Below, piece by piece: positions 27,816-37,863 of a stretch of DNA of 64,000 nt. The notes under the pieces were generated by a model. That model was not told the origin of the DNA and ran no database searches. It was given only the letters and a program-made list of their open reading frames with translations. The translations under genes and the position numbers were made by a program. The stretch is from a virus (taxonomy: Duplodnaviria; Caudoviricetes). Each line of letters starts with the position of its first letter. Within the stretch, counting starts at the first letter, position 1. The stretch is taken from IMG/VR virus record IMGVR_UViG_3300025362_000477; one strand, 5' to 3'.

Positions 27816-28589
27816 TTACAGTCCAAGAGAGAACAGGAGTTCTCTTTCAAGTTTAATCAAGTGATTCAGATCTGTGATTTTCACCATGAACTCATATATA
27901 GCGATTTTAATTTCATCGTGAGTTGTCAGATCCTTTATCTGATTATACAGACGAGGACTTATACGCTTAACATGAAGCTTAATAGTCTCAATTTCTGCAG
28001 TTGTCCGAACAGCATCAGTAACCACAACCTTCACTGAATCAATATTCTTTGCACGACTAATAGTATTAATGCTTGATACTTCATCACCAGTAAGGCTTAC
28101 CTGGACGATATTATTCTTACCAACATAAAAGCGAGAATCTACACTCTTGATCACCAATCCAGAACTATGGACCGTAATTGAAGTAGGAGTAATTCCACTA
28201 GGCATCCACAAAGTATTAGGACGCTCAAACAGAATCAGTTCTGCATTTTCTTCTGCTCGAGTGCAGAACATCACATATTTATCATTCGGGATTCTCTGGA
28301 ATCCAGTGATATCGCACATATCAGCATTAGTGATAACAGAAGCATTTGCAGATAAAAATGCAAACAGAGTAACCCACTCAGCTTCATCAACTTCACCAGC
28401 CATAGGAGCATCTTCAGCTACTTCAACTTCCGGTGTTTCAACTACTGCTTCATAAGCTTCATTAGCTTCAACAGGAGCATCTTCAGCTACTTCAACTTCC
28501 GGTGTCTCTACTGTCTGTACTGTTATATCTGTCTCTTCTACTACGGTGTCATCGTTCAGCATGTTATTCAAGTTTGTATCTTCGTTCAT
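27816..28589 (-). CDS. Hypothetical protein with acidic repeated N-terminal tail
   Basis: 257 aa; E/D/V/T/A-rich N-terminus with duplicated ETPEVEVAEDAP. Confidence 0.65.
   Translation of the reverse strand: MNEDTNLNNMLNDDTVVEETDITVQTVETPEVEVAEDAPVEANEAYEAVVETPEVEVAEDAPMAGEVDEAEWVTLFAFLSANASVITNADMCDITGFQRIPNDKYVMFCTRAEENAELILFERPNTLWMPSGITPTSITVHSSGLVIKSVDSRFYVGKNNIVQVSLTGDEVSSINTISRAKNIDSVKVVVTDAVRTTAEIETIKLHVKRISPRLYNQIKDLTTHDEIKIAIYEFMVKITDLNHLIKLERELLFSLGL
28404..28505. repeat. 33-bp perfect in-frame direct repeat
   Basis: aggagcatcttcagctacttcaacttccggtgt at 28404-28436 and 28473-28505 (69-nt period). Confidence 0.85.
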
Positions 28590-28638
28590 TTGTATTTCTC
28601 CATTTTCAGTTTATGAATTTGTTTTTGTTTAGTAAAAT

Positions 28639-28668
28639 AAGAGATATGGAATCATTTCCATATCTCTT
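28639..28668. repeat. 13-bp perfect hairpin after folE
   Basis: AAGAGATATGGAA-tcat-TTCCATATCTCTT. Confidence 0.75.
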
Positions 28669-28675
28669 TAAAATA

Positions 28676-29302
28676 TTAATCTTTAATCAAATTAAGGAAT
28701 TCAGCACGAGTTTGTGGCTGGGTGCGAAAACGACCACGCATCGCAGATGTTGCCATCTTAGATGTTTGATTTTTAACACCTCGAGCGGACATACACATAT
28801 GCTTTGCTTGGATGATCACACCAACTCCCAATGGAGCTAATTCATCCATTAAAGTATCAGCAATTTGGCTACACATCTTTTCCTGAATCTGGAATCGACG
28901 AGCAAACACCTCTACTAACCTAGCTAATTTTGATAAACCAACCACCTTCTTATCTGGAAGATATCCGATATCCACAGAACCAATAAACGGGATCATATGA
29001 TGTTCACAATGAGATACAAATGATATGTGTTTACATATCACAATCTCATCTGACTGATCACCAATATCATCTTCAAATACAGTTCCAAGAACTTTGGCTG
29101 GATCTTCTGTGTAACCACTAAAAAGTTCTAACCAGGACTTCACGACTCGATATGGAGTCTCAACCAAACCTTCTCGATCTGGATTTTCCCCAATCGTCAT
29201 TAATTGATTTCTAATAGATTGCATTGATCCAGGAAACATCTTTTCTAGTTCAATTTTTATTAATTTTTTATCTGTCATGGCTAATACTTCTTTATACGTC
29301 AT
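28676..29302 (-). CDS. folE: GTP cyclohydrolase I
   Basis: GLVETPYRV, SHCEHH, GLSKLARLV, RRFQIQE, HMCMSARG. Confidence 0.93.
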   Translation of the reverse strand: MTYKEVLAMTDKKLIKIELEKMFPGSMQSIRNQLMTIGENPDREGLVETPYRVVKSWLELFSGYTEDPAKVLGTVFEDDIGDQSDEIVICKHISFVSHCEHHMIPFIGSVDIGYLPDKKVVGLSKLARLVEVFARRFQIQEKMCSQIADTLMDELAPLGVGVIIQAKHMCMSARGVKNQTSKMATSAMRGRFRTQPQTRAEFLNLIKD

Positions 29303-32300
29303 CTTTATCTCCTTCTAATATATTATCATCCAAAACGATATCCATTACATCTGGCAATACACTTGGATCAGAAACTTTATATGTGATTTTTTGATCACCC
29401 CAATTACCTCCGCCGATAACTAATCCATCTGTGTGAATAGCAGCAGTTGACTTAATTGACTTTTTACTTTTTATAATAGTCTTCTTAGCGGGTTCGTTAA
29501 TCTGGAGTTTCTCAATATTTTCTATCAAAAGTTCTTCATCAGAAACAACATGAGTTGTCTCTTCAATAATCTGAACCTCTTCTACTCCTTCATCAATGGG
29601 TACATCAAATCCATCATTCAATTCATAATCCAAACCAATCGATGTCAAATTGGTTTGTAACAATCTCAGTGATTGTGGAACTATATCATCATCGGAATCC
29701 AATAATAGATCATCATTACACATCTCTTCTGAAATATATTTATTTCGTAACTGTATAGAATCAGATTTAGTGGATATAAATTCCTCTAAATTCAATTCAT
29801 CACCATGAGCAATCACTGCCCATATCTCCATTTCTCCAAGTCTCTGACCACCCTTTCGAGATTTCCCACCTAATGGTTGAGAAGTCTTTGCTGAGTATGG
29901 ACCAATTCCTCTGGCTGCAATTTTATCTTTAGCAATATGATTTAATTTAAACCAATATTGAAATCCACAAGCTACTGTATTCTCAATAAATTGATTTGAA
30001 ATAGGCTCAAATACCTTATACTCAAACTGGGTCCCAGTATATTCTAAAGCTTGTCCCAATTCCTTTCTTGTTACAGATTCAAATGGTGGCTGTATTAAGA
30101 AGAAATTATTCAGTCCAGATATAAAATCATCAACTGTAATTTTTTCAAATATCGCGGTCATCTGAGCATGATAATTAAAATCAGCAGTTCGATCAATAAT
30201 CTTAATATAATCTAATACGTGCTTAAATATTTTATCTTTATTACCATTCTCATACATTTCAAGAATCTGACTTTTCAAATCACATAATGACATAGATAAA
30301 TGAGCTTCATATACTTGACCAACATTCATTCGCGATGTAATTCCCAACGGGTTAATTACAATATCACAATGCCTCCCATCCGGAAGTTTTGGCATCTGTT
30401 CATGAGGAACAATCTTTGCAATGACACCTTTGTTACCATGACGGTTTCCAAGTTTATCACCAACAGAGATTTTTCTTTCATAGACAACAGTTATTTCAAC
30501 ACGAAGTCCATCAATGTAATCACCTTTGATCTTATAATTATTCTTTTCAGTTTGATTGATTTCTAATGTATCAACCATTCTATCTAATTCATCTTTAGTA
30601 AGATAATCCGAAAGCTTAGTAACTAGATCATCCTTTCTCCCTTTTTGTTTGGTAACCTTCTGTTTCACAAATTCATCAAACTGAGGAAAACATTTATTCC
30701 ATTTATTAGCATATACTTTTATACTAACAACTTTACATGTCTCATCTGCTTTATATTCTGATACAGGTTCGAATAATACATCATCAAATCCATCAGTATT
30801 GATAGATTTAATTTTTGCATATACATCACCAACATTCAATACTTGACCAACTTCAGGCAATGGCTTATAATCAGTATAATCATCCTTTAAATTCAGCAAG
30901 ACTTTATTTTTATTAACTTCAATTATCAAATCTTTATAATGAACTGATGTAAAACGATCGTCATTCACCATATTTTCAGATATAACAATTCCATCCTCGA
31001 AATTATATCCATACCAGGGAGTGATGCATGTTAACAAATTCTGACCCAATGTGATTCTACCATTCTTCATATAGTTTGTTTCAGCAATGATATCTCCAGC
31101 ACGGAATTCATCACCAATATTATAATACACCTTGTAAAAGTCAACTGCTGAAATATACAATTTTCTAAAACCAATATAAAAAGCATCACATACTTTATTA
31201 TCATACTGGATCATGATGACTTCATGGTCTATATATATTACTTTACCATTCCTTTTGGCTTTGAATATAAAAGATGTCTGATCACTATACATTCCTTCAA
31301 CACCAGTTTGAATCATAGGAGAATCAAATTTCTTAAGCATAATAGCATGTCTTTGCTGACTCGATGCCATTTGCAATCGAGTTGCATCATCATGTTCCAA
31401 AAATGGAACAAAACTCACAGCTATTGAATTTATATTATTATTTAATTGGGAATAGAAACTCCCATCTGGGTTTATATTAACATTAGGCACCAAATATTGC
31501 GTCGTACCACATCCCTCTCTATCAGCTGTATCAGCTGGATCACAAAGATGTTTCATTGTTGGATGAATCTCCCTCAATGATTGAGGTACATTCTGTTTTT
31601 CAAATCCACCCGGTCCAGATAATGAAGTCTTGGATAATAAAGCCAACTCAGATAAAGGATTTAAACTATTATCAAACTGTACAATATTTGAAACATTGAT
31701 ACTAGATGATATACTTTTAGAATTTATAGAAAATTTAACTTTCCGATTTTTCTTTACAGAATTGATCAGATTATAAAAATCCTTACATAAATTAACATAT
31801 ATAATCTGTTCAACAAATCGAACTCTCTTATTTACATAATCAGAATCATCATAAATCTCATTCTGAATCGCATATAAGAATTCTTCTACTATTGAATCCG
31901 TATAAAAATACCGAGCACTAAATAAATCAATATGCAACATCAATCTGAGATCATCTAAAATTTTCTCATCAGTCCGTCTCACAAAAATAGATTCAAGTAA
32001 CTTTGTCTTATCAATAGAAACATCATTCATAATAGATATGATATCTTTTGTCAGTTCATCTAATTCTTCTGATATAATCCCAGTTCCAATATATTCATTA
32101 TTTTCATCTAACTGGAATTTATCTCTAGTTCCCTCTACTCCATAATAAGCAATAACCAATCTAGCAAACGGGAATTTCTTTCCGAATAGACTAATCTGAT
32201 AATTAAATTTCCTACGAGTGGTAACTTTTTTCTCCACCATAATTGATTGGATATTAGTCCTCACCTTTATGATATTCTTTCTTTTTATCACTGGTTTATC

Positions 32301-32669
32301 AAATAATTGATATATAGCAACTTTATAATTACCACCGATATAAAAATGATTATTCAAAAGCCAAGGGATATCATAAGATAAATTAATATCTTCTGAACCA
32401 TCCTCATTAGTATAGACCATATCAATATCTAAAATCTTACTCTTAGTTTTCTTTATCTCAGATAAATCTTTTTCTTCTTTATTTTTAATACTAACAGACT
32501 TAACTCTTAGTCCAAACGGCTCTCCGCAAGATAGCATCTGAGTGACAGTTTCTACTATTTTATCTTCATCCCATTCATGATCACGGAAATTGAAAACATT
32601 TACATCTCTTAACCGGTAACTCGGTACGTCTAACATACTATTAATCTCTCCTTTAATTACGACTTTCAT
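29292..32669 (-). CDS. Phage multi-subunit RNA polymerase beta subunit (RpoB-like)
   Basis: DDATRLQMASSQQRHA, GYNFEDGI, GDKLGNRHGNKGVI, DIVINPLGITSRMNVGQ, GGQRLGEMEIWA; long acidic C-terminal tail. Confidence 0.93.
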   Translation of the reverse strand: MKVVIKGEINSMLDVPSYRLRDVNVFNFRDHEWDEDKIVETVTQMLSCGEPFGLRVKSVSIKNKEEKDLSEIKKTKSKILDIDMVYTNEDGSEDINLSYDIPWLLNNHFYIGGNYKVAIYQLFDKPVIKRKNIIKVRTNIQSIMVEKKVTTRRKFNYQISLFGKKFPFARLVIAYYGVEGTRDKFQLDENNEYIGTGIISEELDELTKDIISIMNDVSIDKTKLLESIFVRRTDEKILDDLRLMLHIDLFSARYFYTDSIVEEFLYAIQNEIYDDSDYVNKRVRFVEQIIYVNLCKDFYNLINSVKKNRKVKFSINSKSISSSINVSNIVQFDNSLNPLSELALLSKTSLSGPGGFEKQNVPQSLREIHPTMKHLCDPADTADREGCGTTQYLVPNVNINPDGSFYSQLNNNINSIAVSFVPFLEHDDATRLQMASSQQRHAIMLKKFDSPMIQTGVEGMYSDQTSFIFKAKRNGKVIYIDHEVIMIQYDNKVCDAFYIGFRKLYISAVDFYKVYYNIGDEFRAGDIIAETNYMKNGRITLGQNLLTCITPWYGYNFEDGIVISENMVNDDRFTSVHYKDLIIEVNKNKVLLNLKDDYTDYKPLPEVGQVLNVGDVYAKIKSINTDGFDDVLFEPVSEYKADETCKVVSIKVYANKWNKCFPQFDEFVKQKVTKQKGRKDDLVTKLSDYLTKDELDRMVDTLEINQTEKNNYKIKGDYIDGLRVEITVVYERKISVGDKLGNRHGNKGVIAKIVPHEQMPKLPDGRHCDIVINPLGITSRMNVGQVYEAHLSMSLCDLKSQILEMYENGNKDKIFKHVLDYIKIIDRTADFNYHAQMTAIFEKITVDDFISGLNNFFLIQPPFESVTRKELGQALEYTGTQFEYKVFEPISNQFIENTVACGFQYWFKLNHIAKDKIAARGIGPYSAKTSQPLGGKSRKGGQRLGEMEIWAVIAHGDELNLEEFISTKSDSIQLRNKYISEEMCNDDLLLDSDDDIVPQSLRLLQTNLTSIGLDYELNDGFDVPIDEGVEEVQIIEETTHVVSDEELLIENIEKLQINEPAKKTIIKSKKSIKSTAAIHTDGLVIGGGNWGDQKITYKVSDPSVLPDVMDIVLDDNILEGDKDDV

Positions 32670-33363
32670 CTAAAATTGAAATAAAATCTTTAAATCGTTG
32701 AATTTCCATTCTAGGATTTGATAAAAATGAACTTTCTGGGATATAATAAATCATACACGACAATCTAGAGGAAATCAATAATTCTCTATCTTTATCATAA
32801 TCGCTCAAAGTCCCATCAATATTAAAATGATGAGATTCTAAAATTTCCACATCTAAATTATATTTTGGAATGTATGCATCCATAAACTTACCTATTTTCA
32901 ATGCTAACTCATAATCATTTTTCAAAAACTCCAAATTCACAGCCTGTTCTAACCGTTCAATTATTTGATTTTCATTTCTCCCATTCCGAGGATATGCTGG
33001 TCCTCCATTAAATACCGTGTCAGATATATATTTGATGGTAGAAATACTCATTTTCTTTTTAGTTTCATCGGATACATGATGACCCATGAGGGCTTTAGAA
33101 ATTTTCCTTCTAGTTTCTAATGATCGTTTTTGACCTCTCATTTTCTTCAATGTTTCTTCGGAATGTTTAGATCCAATTCGAGATTTAGACATTTTCAATT
33201 TAGTTTCATCTGAAAGTTTTCGACCTTGTCTATTATTAGAAATTTTAATCTTATGATCCTGTGAAAGATGTTTTCCAATCCATGGTCGATTATGACCATT
33301 GATATATCTATTTCCAACTTTCACCTTTTGACCACAACCACAAGCACATAGTTTATTTTTCAT
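32653..33363 (-). mobile_element. Putative homing endonuclease (NUMOD3 repeats plus PD-(D/E)xK/DUF559-like nuclease) between the RNAP genes
   Basis: CACGCG, repeated H/K-S-xETKxKxS, GKFMDAYIPKYNLDVEILESHH. Confidence 0.72.
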
Positions 33364-33517
33364 AATACTCCTTCAGATTCAATGGTACATCCTTACCATA
33401 TTTCTTCAATAGGAGTATAACAGATTCACAAAATAAATCTTTAATACTAGTTTTATTTTCAGCAGCTAATATTTTTAATAAAACATGAATATCTTCGTCT
33501 ACTAATAATGATTTCAT
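33353..33517 (-). CDS. Ribbon-helix-helix-like protein, 54 aa
   Basis: Not in track. MKSLLVDEDIHVLLKILAAENKTSIKDLFCESVILLLKKYGK...; AAGGA RBS; stop overlaps the endonuclease ATG. Confidence 0.62.
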   Translation of the reverse strand: MKSLLVDEDIHVLLKILAAENKTSIKDLFCESVILLLKKYGKDVPLNLKEYYEK

Positions 33518-33544
33518 AATGATTCCTTTAAGATATAATTTTAT

Positions 33545-33554
33545 ATTTATTCAT
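33545..33554 (-). promoter_or_regulatory. Candidate promoter motif ATGAATAAAT
   Basis: Same GAAYAAAT motif, about 28 nt upstream of the RHH start. Confidence 0.4.
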
Positions 33555-33571
33555 ATTTTTTAAAGAATCAT

Positions 33572-33601
33572 AGTGGGAGTTGTAAAATTACAACTCCCAC
33601 T
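33572..33601. repeat. 14-bp perfect hairpin after the RNAP beta-prime gene
   Basis: AGTGGGAGTTGTAA-aa-TTACAACTCCCACT. Confidence 0.78.
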
Positions 33602-33609
33602 CAATACAA

Positions 33610-36489
33610 TTATATACTATTCGTTAACATCTTCTCTAATATCCCATCTGTTGTAATTGCATCCCCAATTATACCATTTACGATATATGCATGGGGTTTA
33701 CTAAACGCCAAAGCAAGAAGGAATGATTCTTTAGAAGGTACATTTTCAATTGATATAATTTGATGATCTTCTTTATGTCGTTCGGGCATCAACCTCCATC
33801 GACTATCACCGCATCTCATCATTTGTGATATAACACATTCAAAATGAACTAACAACAATGTCTTATGTTGAACATATATAGTAAACAAACGTTTTAACAA
33901 TTCTAACGCGTCAATCTTCATTGTTCCATGAAGAAGTTTATTTACAACAGTTAAATCACTTATGATATCCTTCTGATTTTCATCTTCTTGTTCTCTTGAC
34001 ATTACCGCAATTCCACCAGTGTGAAATGTTCGAAGTGTTAATTGAGTTGCAACTTCGCCAAGTGCTTGAGCTGCAATTACACCTATATATTTTGAATGAC
34101 AAGATTTGCTACTTTCTCCATAACATTTCTTGCATATTCGTGAAGATTTACAATATATTGGAGATCTCAATTTTAATGTTTTTCCACATAAATCCAAATA
34201 ATTACTATCAGTTATTAACGTCAAGTCACCATTCTCATCATAATGCCATCTCCCAACTAAACTACGAGCTAATTTAATTGCATCCAATTCATTCTTTTCA
34301 TTTAATAGAATATTCTTTTGAATTTTTTTCTCATTTTCATCCTCAATATGAGATACCATTGATTCAATTTCTTCATCACTAATGTTTCTTGGAATCTTCA
34401 AAGTCAAATAATCCGTAGTACCACAATCATCCAACTCTTCCTCTAATTCAAGATTGGCACTACAATATACTAATTTTCGTGTCAAGTATCCAGATACAGC
34501 TGTATTTAATGCCACATCCAACAAAGCTTTCCGTGATCCATAACAAGAGATAAAATATTCATCCCTCGTTAAACCAGATACTAAATTATGTTTAATTGGT
34601 GTTGGAACAACTTCACCCTTAGAATTTGACATATATCCACGACAGAATATTAACTGATTAGCTTGATCCCATGAACCTCGAGATCCCGATTTAATAAAAT
34701 CAGAATATGGAAATATTTCCTGTACATGTTTCTTATAGGGACTATCGTTTAACTCATGAAATTTATCTACTATACTTTTATCGGGATCATCAACAATTGC
34801 TGATACAACATCATAAGAACCTTCATCATCCAAATCTTTCAATGAAAAGGTAACCCCTCGTAATGTAGTCTCCCGCAATCCAAGTTTCTTAATTTTATCA
34901 ACAACTAATTTCACTACTTCTGGGTCATATCTATGAACAACCTCATTCAGAAGAATATTGATTTCTTTCTTATCAATTATTTTATTGATAAATGGGAAAT
35001 CATCTGGAAACACTTCATTGAATGTAATTCTACTTTTTGTAGTCTGTTTATCAACTTCAATCCCATCAGGTCCTATTTTTATATTACTCCCATCATAATC
35101 ACACACTGTAGATGCATCATCTTTAGTCATTAAATATAAACCAAGCAATATATCCTGATTGATACCAAGAATCATCTTCCCAGTTGAGGGAGAAATCAAA
35201 TTCTTTAAAATAAATATTTTATCATAATTTGATTGTAACGTTTTATCATACAATGAAATATATGCTGCCATCTGATCTCCATCAAAATCAGCATTGTATG
35301 GTTCACATATACATGGATGAATTTTAATAACATCATCAGTATTAATTTTTATTTTAAAAGATAACAATCCCATTCTGTGAAGAGTGGGTTGACGATTTAA
35401 AATAATCAATTGATCTTTCGTAATTTCTTGAACAATCTCCATCAACGAATAATCTTTCATTGCTATACAGGTATTAACATAATCAATAGTCGGGTCATAT
35501 CGCACAAATCGATGTTCCCCAACATGCTTTATTTCAAGTAATCTATTAACAACCTTTAATTTATATAACTCCAATGCCATAGTATATGGGATAGAAGCTT
35601 GGTCTAATTCTAATTCTGGACCAGGACATATCACAGCGCGTGCGGAAAAATCAATTCTTTTACCAAGTATTGATCCTCGAATCAATCCAGACTTTTTAGA
35701 AAATTTTGAAAAGACATAATCATAAAAATTAAATACATATCTCTGCAAATTCTTAAAATTAATCATTTGAATTTCAGAATTCTCATATGTTGAAACATCG
35801 TTTTCTAACATTAAAGCAAAATTCAAAATAGTCATATAGAATTCATTCATTTTATCCCGCATCTGGGCATCTTTAGTTTTTGATACTGGTCGAAACTCAG
35901 GCGGACATATAATAACATTCTTCATGAAGAATTTATGAAGATTTTCATTCACAAACTTCCATGTTGGATTGGTATCCATAAGTCTTTCAGATTCAAATTT
36001 AATCAAATCATATATACCATTAGATCCTGTATATAATATTACACCTTCAGGCAATTCAACTGCTTCATCTTCAATAGTTGGAACATTCACTTTAATATAT
36101 CGTTTCGATTTAACATTAAAATAAAACCCCATTACAGAATCATCATTAATCATTGCATCAACAACTTTACTAATAGTTACTTTACCAGCTCGAGTTATAA
36201 GATATGTCATAATTGGATTGATAACTGGAAAGGGTAACACGATTTTCCCAAACTTTTTTCTACGAAGACTCGAATTTCCAATCTCGACACCGCAAATACT
36301 ACAAGTTTCACCAATCTTTGATCGTCCCCAATATATACCACACCCACAAGTACATGTTCTTACTGGGCCAAAAATTTTTTCTGAAAATAACCCATTGGGG
36401 TGAAACCCTTTTTTAGAATATATCTTATTCGTGGTAACGGCAGGTAGATCAACACAGAAAGCATCCACGTCAAAAAAATCTATTTTCAT
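33610..36489 (-). CDS. Phage multi-subunit RNA polymerase beta-prime subunit (RpoC-like)
   Basis: GLFSEKIFGP plus zinc finger, LGKRIDFSARAVI, NRQPTLHR, catalytic NADFDGD, QLTLRTFHTGG. Confidence 0.95.
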   Translation of the reverse strand: MKIDFFDVDAFCVDLPAVTTNKIYSKKGFHPNGLFSEKIFGPVRTCTCGCGIYWGRSKIGETCSICGVEIGNSSLRRKKFGKIVLPFPVINPIMTYLITRAGKVTISKVVDAMINDDSVMGFYFNVKSKRYIKVNVPTIEDEAVELPEGVILYTGSNGIYDLIKFESERLMDTNPTWKFVNENLHKFFMKNVIICPPEFRPVSKTKDAQMRDKMNEFYMTILNFALMLENDVSTYENSEIQMINFKNLQRYVFNFYDYVFSKFSKKSGLIRGSILGKRIDFSARAVICPGPELELDQASIPYTMALELYKLKVVNRLLEIKHVGEHRFVRYDPTIDYVNTCIAMKDYSLMEIVQEITKDQLIILNRQPTLHRMGLLSFKIKINTDDVIKIHPCICEPYNADFDGDQMAAYISLYDKTLQSNYDKIFILKNLISPSTGKMILGINQDILLGLYLMTKDDASTVCDYDGSNIKIGPDGIEVDKQTTKSRITFNEVFPDDFPFINKIIDKKEINILLNEVVHRYDPEVVKLVVDKIKKLGLRETTLRGVTFSLKDLDDEGSYDVVSAIVDDPDKSIVDKFHELNDSPYKKHVQEIFPYSDFIKSGSRGSWDQANQLIFCRGYMSNSKGEVVPTPIKHNLVSGLTRDEYFISCYGSRKALLDVALNTAVSGYLTRKLVYCSANLELEEELDDCGTTDYLTLKIPRNISDEEIESMVSHIEDENEKKIQKNILLNEKNELDAIKLARSLVGRWHYDENGDLTLITDSNYLDLCGKTLKLRSPIYCKSSRICKKCYGESSKSCHSKYIGVIAAQALGEVATQLTLRTFHTGGIAVMSREQEDENQKDIISDLTVVNKLLHGTMKIDALELLKRLFTIYVQHKTLLLVHFECVISQMMRCGDSRWRLMPERHKEDHQIISIENVPSKESFLLALAFSKPHAYIVNGIIGDAITTDGILEKMLTNSI

Positions 36490-36492
36490 TCA

Positions 36493-37008
36493 TTAACCTC
36501 TATTAATTTTAATTGTATCGGAAAATATCTCGAGCAGTAATTCTTTCATTTTATCCTTAGATAATTCTATTCGTTCATTTATAGAATTATCAATAGCAGG
36601 TATAACTTCATTCTTTAATTCTATTCTTAATTGATCTTCCACTATTTCTTGAATTTTATCTACTAAATTAGTAGATAGCCATTCATCCAGAGCTTTTATA
36701 TTCTGTTTTTGAACGCTATCAAGGATAACAGCTGCTATTCGACGAGTATCATCACTTTCAGTAATTGCTTCATTCTTCTCTGGATCATATTCAATTGTCA
36801 GACCATATAACTTAGTACGACATGGTAGATATTCAGTATCTACTTTCCCTTCTGTTTTCGCAGATTCATTCCTTAGACATGTTGCAATTTTTGATAGTTT
36901 CTTATCTCCGAATACTCTTTTATAATTTTCTTTTATAACTGATAATGGATATAATGCACCGACCATCATCAAACTACATATTTGATCTATTAATTTAATT
37001 TCACTCAT
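36493..37008 (-). CDS. Hypothetical protein
   Basis: 171 aa directly upstream of RNAP beta-prime. Confidence 0.6.
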   Translation of the reverse strand: MSEIKLIDQICSLMMVGALYPLSVIKENYKRVFGDKKLSKIATCLRNESAKTEGKVDTEYLPCRTKLYGLTIEYDPEKNEAITESDDTRRIAAVILDSVQKQNIKALDEWLSTNLVDKIQEIVEDQLRIELKNEVIPAIDNSINERIELSKDKMKELLLEIFSDTIKINRG

Positions 37009-37612
37009 CGATAATCTCCATTAGAGGTTGTAATTCATCACGATTTAAATATGATTGAGAAATATTGAATTGTGATAACATCACTTCTAAAAGTAATATA
37101 TTTTCATAATTCAATGGTAAATCTAAAAAGCGAGAATCTAAACAGAATTGGTTACTAACATTATTTAAATTTGGATGGCAACCTTCACAATATACTTCTT
37201 GAATATTCAAGTTTTTCAAAATCCTATATTTTGAAATTCCATATCCTAAATCTTTAATTTTTTTTTGTCGAATATCATTTAAAATAGAAACTCTATTATT
37301 ATTTTGAATCATCGAGCATGATATTAATTTATCACATACTAAAAAATCATCTTCAATATAATAATGATCCTTATCTAAAATTTCTCTTAAACCTTCATTA
37401 AATGATGTAGTTGATTCCAATTTCTTTAATTCATAAGAACATTCTATCCTCCATAATTCTGCCATTAACCATCTAGGATTTTCATGATATATTCCATCAT
37501 ATAAAATTGCATCTTCTATATTTGATATAATATCAGGAACTTCTTTATTCAAATCAATAGAATCAAGTGATACTTTAAATTTTTTACATATTCTTATAAT
37601 ATCCAATTTCAT
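37001..37612 (-). CDS. E2 (UBC)-like domain protein, candidate
   Basis: CHPNLNNVSNQFCLD...SQFNISQSY parallels HPNVSGSDVCMG...MINYDSSY in 45354..47222. Confidence 0.5.
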   Translation of the reverse strand: MKLDIIRICKKFKVSLDSIDLNKEVPDIISNIEDAILYDGIYHENPRWLMAELWRIECSYELKKLESTTSFNEGLREILDKDHYYIEDDFLVCDKLISCSMIQNNNRVSILNDIRQKKIKDLGYGISKYRILKNLNIQEVYCEGCHPNLNNVSNQFCLDSRFLDLPLNYENILLLEVMLSQFNISQSYLNRDELQPLMEIIDE

Positions 37613-37863
37613 GCAGCACCTGTCACTGGATGGATCTCCATTTTTATATCTTTTAATGATGGATCATACGTTACAGCAACTCTAGAATGAGGAAACTCTT
37701 TTGCCATTTTCAAAATTGTATCTTTTAATTTATCCATATCTACAAAATCAATCTCCTTTTGAATATTTAATATAGGAATTTCTGCTATAATATGCTTCTC
37801 CTTAAAAACCTCCAAATCTCTTTCTAATAATTCATAATTCAAAATGCTTTTTTGACTTGTCAT
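37609..37863 (-). CDS. Small protein, candidate ubiquitin-like (ends VTGAA)
   Basis: 84 aa between the E1-like and E2-like genes; terminal beta-strand followed by small residues. Confidence 0.4.
   Translation of the reverse strand: MTSQKSILNYELLERDLEVFKEKHIIAEIPILNIQKEIDFVDMDKLKDTILKMAKEFPHSRVAVTYDPSLKDIKMEIHPVTGAA

Noticed and set aside
22465-36489. Inteins or group I introns in ligase, RNAP or terminase
   Set aside because: Conserved motifs are contiguous, sizes are compact, and no intein block or interrupted frame was seen.
29292-36489. Cellular (bacterial chromosome) or eukaryotic giant-virus origin
   Set aside because: Terminase, inverted compact RNAP genes, absence of ribosomal-protein context, Shine-Dalgarno usage and lipoproteins point to a bacteriophage.
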